Assembly (NCBI GenBank): GCA_965603825.1
Contig: CBFDEM010000053.1
Location: 682,001 to 746,000 of the forward strand
Reading direction: 5' to 3'
DNA from: Blepharisma stoltei ATCC 30299
Lineage: Eukaryota; Protista; Ciliophora
Length of the DNA: 64,000 nt
The notes beneath the pieces are model-generated. The model searched no databases. It had not been told where the DNA came from and worked only from the letters and a program-made list of their open reading frames with translations. Positions 1-12,013 of this stretch are shown here, in pieces (positions within the stretch are counted from its first letter, which is position 1; the number at the start of each line of letters is the position of its first letter). Position numbers and translations under genes: made by a program.

Positions 1-307
1 TTTATTATTAGAAAATGAAAACTTACAGTACAAGCCATTAGTTTTAAAATTTTTAATCAGCATACACAAAATACCAATAATAATATTAATTAAATACCAT
101 CTTACTTAATTTTTGATAGTAAATTATTTCCAATTATATCAGATGGCGCCAGTGCTTAGAGCATTGACTAAAAACCACAATTTAAAAATAAAAATTTCAT
201 AAGGTGTATTAGTAAGATAATATTGCTATTAAAAAAGGTTTTGCTTCTAAAAGAATTTAAAATCACCCATTTATATCCATATACATAATAATTTTATCCG
301 TGTATCG

Positions 308-1003
308 ATGCAATCTTACCTTATACCTCCTCAATTTCAAGAGGCTGAATCTGGCTTCAGCTCTGAAATGATGATAAAGGCTCTGGAGAACAACAATAAA
401 TACCTCATGACGATGTGTCTCTATTCCAAAAGTCTCACTGACGGAATGGCTACTCTGCTGTCTGATTTCGAAAGGCTAAAATCTCATTGTTATAATTGAA
501 AAGACCCCTCAAGTCGAGCTCCTACTAAAGAGGATCTTCTCCGGCAGTTTACTTCTCTTAGAAATTTCCAATTTTCACTGAAGCTGGCTTCAAGCATAAC
601 GATCCCCGTTTGCAAGAAAAAAACCTTTGGGCTGAACGTGTATTTAAAGGTGCATACAAATGAAGAATTAGATGAATCATTTAAAATCAATTTAGAAGCT
701 GTACTTTACCTTGCGGAAAATCCGCCAGTAAAGCTTACGACAAGCAAGGCAGGCAAGCCACCTCTTGTCGGGAATACTAAGACAACTCTTTCTTGGAATC
801 AGAAGAAAAATTGCTACGCTGCAAGTTTTAAGCTGAAAGCAAACGAAGTGTCGTCGCACTATAGGAACGGATGGTTCTTCTTAGTCATTATGCCTGAAGC
901 AAATTCAGGATTTGATATAAAGCCGTTGGTGATTGAAAATTTCAATGTTAAAGCAAAACAAGTTTCTTGCGTTCAGTTTAACGAAAAACCAGATAATGAA
1001 TAA
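308..1003 (+). CDS. Hypothetical 231-aa protein, possibly with a beta-sandwich (CudA/CBP60-like) DNA-binding fold
   Basis: ORFs 308-499 and 638-1003 are in the same frame and join through UGA=Trp at 497-499. The C-terminal EVSSHYRNGWFFLVI...IKPLVIENFNVKAK segment looks beta-rich; the fold assignment is a guess. Confidence 0.6.
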
Positions 1004-1758
1004 TTAATGTTAGTACAAGAATTATCATTTTATTAAAATCATGGAAAATATTTTGAGTGAGCTGCATTCCGTGTCCGAAATCGCAAAATTATTTTACTTT
1101 AAAAGAAATTAAGATTGATGGTATGAAGAAATTAAAACTGCGTCTTGCAGGATTATAGAAATATTTAAATGTGTTGAATGTAGTCTTAGTACTTTTAAAT
1201 AATATTTTAAGTATTAATATAATTTAAGTATATTAAATATGATAGTGGTAAGATAAATTAAGATAAATTATCTTAATGATTGATTTTACAGTTATGAAGT
1301 TATATGCTGCCGAATAACCAGTTTTGCTATCTACCTAATTCCCAAAATCTGGGGTATTGCTCATAACAAAAGTGAGAGATATAAAATCAAAGTAAATTAA
1401 TATAACTATTTCAAAACCAATTTTAACATGTAAGTTTACATAGTGCACTAAAGCTTAATTTAAAAACAAAAAACTGAAAATTTTCTATTGGCTTTAACTA
1501 GCACCCTAAGCTTAATAAAAAATTTATAATATCATTAACGACTATAATAGTTATTAAATCATAATTTATTCTAGGGATATAAGCTTAAGATTCTAAAGCA
1601 AAAGAAGTATAAAAGTCTTTAATGGTTTTGGCTTTTTATTTGCAATTAAGCCATCAAAGCATTTCCCTTGATATCCTTTTATTATATGCTTAACTGAAGA
1701 GAATTAATTTCATTTTCCTTTTCTCCTTCAACATGCATTTTATAAAGAAATAAAGTGC

Positions 1759-3991
1759 ATGAAAAAAGGAAATAGAAGTGAGCGACGTTTAGTTACACGC
1801 ACAAAAAGATCAAAAACACCAACAACTATTGAAGGAAATGACAGCTTTAATGCAACTTATTTGAAATCACCTAGCCCTATTACACACAGACGCAAAAGTA
1901 CAAGCGAATTTGACTTGCAAAAAATTCTTGCTATTATACCATATAGCTTAGGAAAAATTCAGAAGCCTGCTACATATAGAAAAGAACTGGCTAAAATATA
2001 TGAACTTGAAAATCAAGATAGTCAAACGTCTTCTAAAACATTTGAACAATATATAAATACAAAGGTTTTAGACGCCCAAAGGCAGTTAAATCAGCTTTTA
2101 GAAAATAAAGAAAGTCCAAGTCAAAAGCAAAACTCTTTTTATCCTATTCAATATTTTAGAAAAACAATAAATAGATTTTCACCTGGAATTGTGAGAATAT
2201 ATCCTAAGGAATCATCAATTACACCTACATCAACTAGTACTCGCTTGATACAAAATGATAGGTTTTGTAAAACACCTACACCTCCATCCCAGCCAAAACA
2301 GCATTTAAATACATCATCTCCAAGCTTAAAAAGAATACAACCACAAAAATACAACTTAGAAGCAAGCTTTTCTGTAAAAAATCACAATAGACTAAAAAAA
2401 TCCCCCAATCCAGACAAAATTACTAACAATACACATTTTTTGGCTGTTGAAAAATACAATGGAGACTATGTCAATGGCAAAAGGCACGGAAACGGAGAAA
2501 TAATATATAGCAACGGAGATAAATATAAGGGAAAATGAATTAATGATAAAAAAGAAGGCTATGGAAAATACCTATATAAAGATATAGGTATAACTTATAA
2601 AGGAGACTGGCATATGAATAATAGGCATGGGAATGGAAAAATGAAATTTTCTAATGGAGATGTTCTACAAGGGTCATGGTCTAATGGATATTTAAATGAC
2701 GGCTACGTAATAATTTTATATGGAAATGGTGATAAATATCAAGGAGAAATCGTAAATGGGATGAGACATGGAGAAGGCACCATAAAATACCAACAAGGCT
2801 ATTTTTATAGAGGGCCTTGAAAAGAAGACCACCGATCTGGTATCGGCTTAATTACCTATAAAACTGAATTTTTCTTTGAAGGCCTCTTTATCAACGACTC
2901 TACCGAAGGCAAAGGAGTTTTAGTAAAAAAAGACATATTTGGCTTCAATAAAAATAAAAACACTGACGCTCCTGACAGTCCTAGCAACATTTTTAGAAGC
3001 AGCTCAAACTATTCGTATAACAGAAAATCTGAATTAGGCCACATTGACGAATTCAAGCTTTTTAAACTCCTTTCTCTTGATATGTGGGATACAATTTTTG
3101 TGACTCTTACATCTGAACAATTAGATAGCCGCATAAATTTCCCACACCCTACAATAGAATCAGGGATTTTCCGGGCTGGAAAACTTTTTGGGTAAAAATT
3201 AATTTAGTGCTGGAATGCTAAAATTCGGAATTTATGGAAAATATGAAGGAAATTTTAAAGATGGGGCAAGGTCAGGATGAGGAAAAATGGTGTATAATGA
3301 CCCTGATAAAGTCTGCAGCTGGTTTCATGACAATGAAGGGACTTATTATGGAGAGTGAAAAGACAATTTTAAGCATGGGTTTGGGGTTTTTGAGTGGCCA
3401 GACAGGACTAAATATGAAGGCAGATTTTCAAGAAATATGAGGAATTTTGTGACTGGAAAAATGTATTTTAATAATGGCGAAATTTATGAAGGAGGCTGAG
3501 TAAATGATAAAATGGAAGGAAAAGGGACTTATTGGAAAGGCGGAATTATATTTAAAGGGCAGTTTATTAAAGGGCTACCTGCTGATGTAGGCTCACTAGA
3601 GTTTGCTGATGGCAGAAAATATGATGGGAATATTGATAATTGGCTGCCTAATGGAAATGGAGCTATGAGGTGGCCGAATGGAGATTTATATGAAGGAAGC
3701 TTTAAGGACGGAAATCCTGATGGAAACGGAAAAATGGTGTTTAGCAATGGAGATTTGTATGTAGGAGAATGAGATAGAGGACAAAGAACTGGCAATGGAA
3801 TTATGAATTATTCAACAACTGGAGAAATCTATGATGGCGAATGGGTATGCAATTATAGAGTTGGGCTAGGAATTCTGAAGTCTCTTAAAGGAGATATTAT
3901 ATTTTGGGGGAAATGAAAACAAGACCAGCCAGGAAATAAAGGCAAAATGAAGCGTACTAGAAGTGGAAAAATAATGCTAGAATATATTTAA
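1759..3991 (+). CDS. MORN-repeat protein (~738 aa) with Ser/Thr/Pro-rich N-terminus
   Basis: Many YxGxWxxGxxxGxG repeats. Seven UGA codons, mostly at the repeat Trp position (e.g. YKGK*INDKKEGYG at 2536). A 16-nt intron at 3192-3207 restores the frame; TAA at 3989-3991. Confidence 0.9.
3192..3207 (+). other. 16-nt spliceosomal intron
   Basis: gtaaaaattaatttag; removal joins two MORN-repeat frames. Confidence 0.85.
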
Positions 3992-3996
3992 ATTAT

Positions 3997-5172
3997 TTAC
4001 AAATTCTCTTTGTCATCTCTTGCGATCTTTCTTTTTTCTTTAAAATCGACAATATTTTCAATACTTTCTTTAGATACCCCTAAGATTTCTGGGTGCATCC
4101 ATGGATCTTCTTTAATTTGGGAACAATGAGGTCTTTTATTGAAATCTTTTTGCATCATCCTTTTAATAAGCAGTCTTGCTGGTGGTGTAACGTGACGAGG
4201 AATCTCAAAATATCCTTCGATTATTTTTTTGTAGACTTCTCTATCTGTTTGACCTTTAAATGGATAAGTTCCTGTGAGAAGAACATAGAGTAAAACTCCT
4301 AATGCCCAAATATCAGCTGCCCATCCCAGATATTCTCTTTTTGAGACGATTTCTGGAGCCATATATGAAGGAGTTCCACAGAAAATTTTTATTAGTTTGT
4401 CGTTAGGGACTAAGGTTGAAAAGCCAAAGTCAATGATTTTTACATTTAAATGGTCATCAAGCAAGATATTCTCCAGCTTGATGTCTCTATGTGTGATACA
4501 CATATTATGGCAATATTCTATCGCAGAAATTACCTGACTGAAAATTCTCCTCGCTTCGCTTTCAGGGAGAATCCTATTAGGTCTTCTTTTAATATAGCTG
4601 TGCAGCGAGTATCCATTCACATATTCCATCGCAATATGTATATGCTTCGTTGTATCAATAGCCTCATGAAAATTTACTATATTCTGATGATCTAATTTTT
4701 TCATAATTTTTATTTCACGAGTAAGATTTCGTTTCTTTTGAGGGTCAAGCAACTTTGATTTTTCATATGTTTTTATTGCATATTTTTTCCTAGTTGGACG
4801 GAATATAGCTTCTTTTACTACGGCTGAAGCTCCTGAACCAAGAGTGCAGCCAAAGGAATAGGAATCTATTGATCCTCTGTATAATAAAGAATCTTTGGAT
4901 GTGTCAATTGTAAAACTTCTTGTTATTGTATGGACTATTGGAGTTCTTGCTCTAAGTGTGCAGTTTATATCGAATTTTGGCTCGATTTTTGTAAAAATGT
5001 TTTTATTTTGGGTTAGGATCCCAGTCCCGCTTAAAGGGATATTTGGGGTTTTGTTAAAGTTTTCGAGTGGAGTAATGATAAAATTATCAGAAAATATGTT
5101 TCTTGTAGAAGGGATTGCACTAAAATGCCTCTGTCTTTTTTGAAAATCTAACGGATTTTTTTGATTTATCAT
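3997..5172 (-). CDS. CAMK-group (SNF1/AMPK/MARK-like) Ser/Thr kinase
   Basis: GSGASA, YAIK, HRDIKLEN, DFG, FCGTPSYMAPE, DIWALG motifs. Confidence 0.93.
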   Translation of the reverse strand: MINQKNPLDFQKRQRHFSAIPSTRNIFSDNFIITPLENFNKTPNIPLSGTGILTQNKNIFTKIEPKFDINCTLRARTPIVHTITRSFTIDTSKDSLLYRGSIDSYSFGCTLGSGASAVVKEAIFRPTRKKYAIKTYEKSKLLDPQKKRNLTREIKIMKKLDHQNIVNFHEAIDTTKHIHIAMEYVNGYSLHSYIKRRPNRILPESEARRIFSQVISAIEYCHNMCITHRDIKLENILLDDHLNVKIIDFGFSTLVPNDKLIKIFCGTPSYMAPEIVSKREYLGWAADIWALGVLLYVLLTGTYPFKGQTDREVYKKIIEGYFEIPRHVTPPARLLIKRMMQKDFNKRPHCSQIKEDPWMHPEILGVSKESIENIVDFKEKRKIARDDKENL

Positions 5173-5309
5173 TTTTAAATAATAAATATATGAAATCCCG
5201 GATTTAAGATTCCATAATGATTTATCCTATTATTGCATTTCTAATACATTTTAGTAACAAAAATAAATTAACCTTTAAAAGCAGCCTTATTTAAATCTCA
5301 AAATAATTA

Positions 5310-7775
5310 ATGTCAAAACTTTTATCCAGACTAGGCACGAAAAAGCAAGTATACTCCTATGATATCACAATACACAGCCTTCAGCTTGCTTTAAGTCTGC
5401 CAGTCAGAATCAACATAATTTGAAAAAGAAGTAATTCTTAGCAAGGAAAAAAACGAATTGAAACTCGCTATAAACATCCCCTCTCCCCATCTGCAGGAAG
5501 TGTCGAAATTAACGAAACTTTAACAATGATAAATACTCTTTATCAAGAAAAAAGTGGGAAATTCAATAGAAAAAAAGCTATTTTGACGGTGCAAGCGATA
5601 ATTGATGAAAGAGGAGCAAAAAAGATAGGAAGTCTGACGTTAAATATTTCTGAATATCAAGCTCATCAGCTGAATATGCAGTATTTTTCGCTTGAGTCTT
5701 GCCCTGATAAGACTGCCAAAATTTGTATTTCTATTAGAGCACAGCCGCTTGGGGAAGCTGTGGCTACAGATACAGTTAGTGAAGCTTCTGGGGTGTCAGG
5801 GATAAGCATGGGGACTGAAGGAGACTATAAAGGGCCTTTATTTTTAGATCAAGATGCTTTAATTGATCAAGAAGAAGCACTTGCTCCAAAAATTATACAG
5901 GGAAGTCAAAATAAGCCGCCGATACTTAAACCTCCTCCAATGAAGATGCCTGAAAGCAACTTTACAATGAAAAAATCTAACGAAAATGATGAGGAATCTA
6001 AAAGATTACTTGATATCAGAGCTAAAATCTCTATTTTAGAAAAAGAAAATACCCAGCTTAGAAGTGAAAAAGAAGACTTAAAAGTCCAACTCGGAGTCGC
6101 ATTAGAAAAATCAAATAAAGAAAGAGAAAATAATTTTGAACTAATAAAAAAGCTTGATGGAGAGTTGCAAGAAACTAAGAAAAAATGAGAAAAATCAAGC
6201 AAAAAAATATCAAAAAGAGAAGAAAAAATTTCAAAATTAAAATTGGTTAACGAAAGGCTACTAGAAGATTTAAAAGAAACAGAGAAAACTGTAAACGAAG
6301 GAACATTGGATAAGGAAAGACTCAGAAATGATAATTGGAAATTAAGAGAAAGCTTAAGAGAAACAATTGATAAATCAAATAAGCTTCAAAAGCAGCTAGA
6401 GGTAGCTAATGATGAAAATATTATACTAAAAGCAAACCTTGAGAATATTCAGCAGCAAAATATAAATTTACAGACAAATTTCGAAAACTTCCGAAAAATT
6501 TCTGCAGAAAACGGTGACTCTTCAATTGGAGCAGTGCCAGCTTCATATAAAAGAAATTCTGAAAACTACACAAAAACTTTAAAAATGCAGCTTGAAACAG
6601 CTAACCGTGAAAGAGAAGAAGCTTTATCCCAACAAACAGAGCTTACACTCCAAATCCAAAGATATAAAACCGAAAAAATGAAAATTGAAGAAAAATACAA
6701 AGACGAACTCGAAAAAATTGAAAAAGAAATTGAAAAACTTAGAGAAGAAAATTACGAATTAAAACAAAAAAATGACCAAGAGTCGCTAGACAGAAAAATA
6801 AATGAAAGAAAAACACTTATCCAAAATGAAGACACTGATCTTAAGCTGAGAAGACTCACACAAAATTTCCAAGAAATTAAAAATAAAAAAGAAGAGCTAG
6901 AGCAGACTGTTGCAGACTATGAAGTAAAATTAAACCAAAGAAATACTGAATACCAAAGTGGGTATTTAGATTTGCAATATATAAAAGAACAATTAGAAAA
7001 TAAAGAAAAAGACATTAAAAGGCTGAAAAATGAACTGAGAGAAAAAGAAAAAGAAATTGGGGAGATTTATTCGTCAAAAGAAATACTAGATAATGAAAAC
7101 TGTGTGCTAAGAGAACAGATAAAAAAACTAACAGAAACAGAATTTTCAGACCCAGCCACTTTTATAATGCAAGAACAAATCCATGAGCTGGAAAATAGAG
7201 TGACTACACAAGAATTCGCATTTAATCAAGAAAAAGCTTATCTTAAAGAACAAATTGATATACTAGAAAAACAATTAGAAATTATGGAAGAAGCCAAACA
7301 AAAAGACTCAAAAAATTTTGAAGACCAAATTGGAAAAATCTTAGTCCAAAATAGGCTGTTAAAACAGCAAATAGAAGACTCAAAAATTAATTCTTTATCA
7401 GAAGAAAAAGCAAAAAATTTCACAATGGTCAAACTTATAGAAGAAAATTATTCCCAAAATATCCAAATGTACCAGCTTGAAAACAATGACTTAAAAGCTA
7501 GACTAAAAAAGCTAGAAGAAGACTACAAAATAATAGAAAAAAAATATTTAGACTTAAAGTTCAGTATAGCTAACTCTGAAATGGCAAAAGAAAATCTTGA
7601 AAAAAAGTATAAAGAAGCCCAAGAACAGATGAGGGACTATTCAGCACAATTTACCGCAATGGAAGTCGAACTTTATAAAGTCAATGAGCGCTTTGGAGAA
7701 ACTTTAAATATGAATAACGAGCTGGAAGGAAAAATCCACAAATTAAAGCAAAAATTGAAGGCAGTCAAAAATTAA
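5310..7775 (+). CDS. NT-C2 (EEIG1/EHBP1-type) domain plus long coiled-coil protein (~816 aa)
   Basis: ATG at 5310; I-W(UGA 5421)-KR motif; 15-nt intron 5431-5445; TLYQEKSGKF..KK and IGSLTLNISEY NT-C2 motifs; UGA at 6186 links to an E/K/Q coiled coil. Confidence 0.8.
5431..5445 (+). other. 15-nt intron
   Basis: gtaattcttagcaag, containing an in-frame TAG. Confidence 0.85.
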
Positions 7776-7800
7776 TAGTGTAAATTAATTATATATAATT

Positions 7801-8265
7801 ATGATCGGAAATTTCGAGCAAGCTTTTGAACAAATGTACCAAACCTTTAATCAATCATTCAAACCAGGGACTTTTTGGAATATTCAAGGCAAACTTCTCA
7901 AAAAGTACATAGATGAGCTGCTGGAAAATCCTAATGATCATAATCGCATAGATCTCAACAGCAAAGCTTTTAATGAATTTGGCATGGGGATGGAGGCCGT
8001 TTTAATATCAATAGGCTTTGCAAAAGAAGCCGAAAATTTGGTATATCAAGGAAGTATTGATGAATTATCTCAAAATAAAGATCGAATTATGAAAATCATT
8101 GATGAAAAAAAATATTTCAGCTTCGCTGAAATTAGTGAAATAATTGGTAAAGGAGAGCAGCCTCCAGGAATTAAACAAATAGATGACAGAGCTGTAGAAG
8201 AGCCTCCTTCTGTATCAACGCTTGAGAGGCCACAAAAACCTTGGGAAAGAGAAGAAAACTCTTAA
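7801..8265 (+). CDS. PUB-like domain fused to PEX39/C6orf226-like KPWE domain
   Basis: LLKKYIDELLENP..RIDLNSKAF..AVLISIGF resembles PUB. SFAEISEIIGKGEQPPGIKQI...PQKPWE resembles the KPWE-motif family. Confidence 0.7.
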   Translation: MIGNFEQAFEQMYQTFNQSFKPGTFWNIQGKLLKKYIDELLENPNDHNRIDLNSKAFNEFGMGMEAVLISIGFAKEAENLVYQGSIDELSQNKDRIMKIIDEKKYFSFAEISEIIGKGEQPPGIKQIDDRAVEEPPSVSTLERPQKPWEREENS

Positions 8266-8306
8266 ATATTTAAATCCCCAAACATAATAAACTTAATAAT
8301 CTAGAA

Positions 8307-10091
8307 ATGGAGTGCCCCACTTGCTTTGAAATCTACAACGATGATGCAAAAAAGCCTCACAACCTTGAATGTGGCCATACTTTTTGTGAAGAATGCTTAT
8401 CACGATTATTACAATCATCAAGAATCCAATGCCCTGCATGTAGAAAATCATTTAACAACATAGTCCCGAAGCTGCTCCCTGTAAACTTTATAGCTGCCGA
8501 TTTAGCTAGAAAATACCATGAAGATAGAAAGAAACTTGTCATGTGCGAAAAACACCCATTTGACCCTATTAAATTTTATTGTAATACATGTGAGGAATGC
8601 ATTTGCATTGAGTGCATTATTAACCATAGTGGGCACAAGTTTGTCAAACAAGAAGAAAGCATTAAAGTCATGAAGTCAAGAATTGAAAAAGTTGGGGGCA
8701 GAATTGAAAATTGTATAGAAAAAACGAATAAGGCGAAAAAAGAAATATCTAAAGAAGAAGCTTCTTTAAATCAACGAAAAGAAGCTGACAAACTTAAAAT
8801 TGAAACTGATTTTAATACCATGATAGAAATGCTGATAAATCGTAGAGATCAGCTGTTAAATACCTATGAGAATATGATAGGAATCGAAGTAAGCAGGCTA
8901 AAAGAAGAGCAAGGGAAACTTGATATCCAAGAGCATGAGATTCTAAGTGTCAAACAAATTCTCCAAAAAAAATCTGAAGAGCTTCAGTTTCTTACTGACT
9001 CAAGCCTAATTGGTGGAAAATATGCAGAAGAAATAAACTTAATCAGAGAAAAAGTTACAAATTTAGAGTCCACTACATGTGAAACTATAAATTTGCTAAC
9101 AATGTGCCCGACAGTCGAAATTAACATAACTCTGTATTTAGATTATATCCAAAATATTGGGAATGTTATATGAGACCCTAGAAGAAACTATGAAATAACA
9201 GAGCCGTTGATCTGTTACTTTGGAGACAAAAATAAAGTTATGACTTATGATATTAATTCGAATGCCTGAGACCTAAAAACTTATTATGGACCATATGAGT
9301 TCAATTATTATGCAGCTGCAGTCGCTCTTCCTGATGGCAGTGCTCTTATAACAGGTGGTGGAAGCTCCAATTCTGTATACCATTACAAAAATAAAACAAT
9401 TTATTTAAAGCAGCCAATGATACAGATAAGAAAAGAACACTCAGCTGTCTGTATAAATAATTATGTATATGCCCTTGGAGGCTATGATGGGATGGCTAAT
9501 ACATTTCTTAAACAAACTGAAAGATATTGCATACAAACTGACACTTGAGAAGAATGCGCCAACATGAACGTCCCCAGATGTGCTTTTAGCGCTACGGTTG
9601 CAAATAACCGTTATATCTACATATTTGGAGGTTACGATGGGACACAAAGATTAGGGAGTATCGAAAAATATAACCCAGAGATTAATATGTGGCTTGAAGT
9701 CCGGGCAACTTTGCAATTTCCGCTGTCTAATTGTGCATGCTTTTCTCCAGAGAGAAATAAAGTGGTTGTCCTAGGTGGAGGGTTTTCTTCAGGATTTTCA
9801 TTATCTGTAGAAAAACTTGACATAGAAACAGAAACATGAATTTCTTTACCTATGATGACTGAAGGAAGAGACCTAAGAAATAAGGTGACATATTTTAATG
9901 GCAATGCCTATTGTGTAGGAGGTTATAGCTTTAAAGCAGAAATGATTAATTTGGCTAGAGAAATGTGAATTCAGCTGCCTAATTATCTGGTAAGTGATAA
10001 TTTGGATTCATGGTCTTCAGCGTTGACTTATAAATTAGTAGAAAAAAGAGAAAGCGAGGCTGTGTCAAGAGCTTCTTCTATGAAAATATAA
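8307..10091 (+). CDS. TRIM-like RING / B-box / coiled-coil / Kelch protein (~594 aa)
   Basis: C3HC4 RING (CPTC..CGHTFCEEC..CPAC), B-box (CEKH..CNTC..CIEC..H..H), coiled coil, Kelch GG-Y-W repeats with five UGA=Trp; TAA at 10089-10091. Confidence 0.88.
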
Positions 10092-10132
10092 GTTAATATT
10101 TATTATAAAACAGATTTACGAACTGAAATTAT

Positions 10133-11929
10133 TTAAAGTATTGTTCAAGCATCATTATCATTGCCTATATAGTCAGCACAATGGCTGCAAGCATTTTCTT
10201 TAGCTTTTTCTGAAATGGTGTTGAAATTTGCTTCTCCTTTAATAAAGTCATTTTTTGAAGGCATAAAGCCTTTAGCAAGGGCAATTCTAAGCCTCAAAAT
10301 CGCCCCAGGCCAGTTGCAAACTGCAGCTCCAATACAATTGTCTCCTTTAAAGTAATAAGTGATTTTCCCAACTTTAAATAAGTCTGGGTCATTTTTAGTC
10401 TCAGTAAAGCTCCAGTCTTTCCCTGCTCCAAAGCCTACAAACTGTACATTAAGCCACTGATTACTCCAAAAGAAAGGCAAATCGTCGTATTCATGTCTCT
10501 TCCCAGCCATATTTGAAGCAGCTCTCATTCCTTGGGTTTGGGCAACCTGCCAATGTTCAATTCTTTCGTAAGAATTTGTTAATTCGCTATGGAATGAAGC
10601 AATATCTCCACAAGCATAAATATTAGGGTCACTGGTTTGGAGAAGCTCATTGACTCTTACTGATTTGTCTTTAGGGTTTAATAAGGATGGAGGGATATAG
10701 TCTGTTACTATCTGAGCGCCAGTTGCAACAAGCACTAGATCTGCTTTGATTTCTTCTTCCCCAGTCTGAGTTGGGATTGTTACACTTTTGACTTTTCCAT
10801 TCTCTTGGTTTATTGATTTTGCAGACACTCCTACAATTACACGATTTCCTTTAGAAATTTGGGTCTGGATCAATAAATTCGCAATATCATGAGCAAAAAT
10901 CCTTTCCAAAGGCTTTGGATCGAATTCCACAATGGTGATATTAGCATCTGGGAGTTTTCTTCTTAAAGAAGTTGCAGCTTCAAGGCCAAGGAAAGAGCCG
11001 CCTATAATTACAATATCTTTAGCGGTTGGCAAGCTTTCTTTGATTTTCTTATGGTCTTCAGCGTTTCTGATAGTCACCACATTCTTTATGTTTGCCACAG
11101 CATCTTGGACTTGTGGGGGAACTCTTGCTACAGACCCAGAGGCTAATAGAAGTTTATCATATGGAATTTGTTCGCCATTTTCCAAAACCACTTGTTTTTG
11201 ATCTGGGACAATCATTTTTACTTCAGCTTGTTTTCGGAATTCTATGCCAAATTCATCATAAAAGTCTTGTTTTCTCAGCAAAATATCGTCAACACTGGCA
11301 TCAAAATTTTTGGAGAGCAAAACTCTATCATAAGCCAAATGGTTTTCTTTGCTTAAAATCGTGATTTTTCCTGTAAAACCTTCAATTCTTAAAGTTTCAG
11401 CTGCCATATGTCCTGCAGTGCCTCCACCTACAATAACAAAATGGGTTTCATTGTTCGGGTCTCGTTTCACCATTCTGCGGTTGTTGATATATTGAGCGAC
11501 ATTGTCTTTTTTATCATTAGGAACTTCAATGACAACTTCTTTATTGACGACTCCGACCTTGTATTTGGGTATTGATTTGATCCCAGGCGATGTTGTCATT
11601 TCTCCATTCCTCACATCAAACTCGGCAGCATGCCAAGGACACATAACATTATACCCATTCATAAAACCCATATGAAGCGGTGCTCCATAATGTGAGCATT
11701 TTCCTCCAACTGCATACAGCCCTGAGTTAACCTCAGCAAGCAGAATGACATTGTCCGGATTTGGCCCAACCTGTACAGCTCTCATCATTCCATCTGTAAC
11801 CTCACTTTCTTTGCAAGCCACAATCCTTTGAGGCTTATTTGATTCAGAAAAATTTCTAACACGGGTAGCCCAGATTTTTGAAACAAAATTATGTCTTGTG
11901 ATGGCTCGACAGAATTTAGAACTGAGCAT
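10133..11929 (-). CDS. AIFM3: AIF3-like Rieske [2Fe-2S] / pyridine nucleotide-disulfide oxidoreductase, probably mitochondrial
   Basis: CSHYG..CPWH Rieske motif, GGGTAG and GGSFLG Rossmann motifs, TSDPNIYACGD. Presequence-like start MLSSKFCR; UGA at 10145-10147, then TAA at 10133-10135. Confidence 0.88.
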
Positions 11930-12013
11930 AATAAACCAATAATTAATATGGCCTTGCCACATTTCAGCAAGATAGCTATTGGAATTTAAATTAGTCGTTT
12001 CTAATAATAAGTT

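Noticed and set aside
143-202. Short ATG ORF and hairpin (cagtgct-tag-agcattg)
   Set aside because: Only 19 codons with no supporting features; not tRNA-like.
1004-1758. AT-rich spacer with agataaatta duplication and small hairpin as an IES/MITE
   Set aside because: No convincing terminal inverted repeats, and no IES interrupts any gene in the window.
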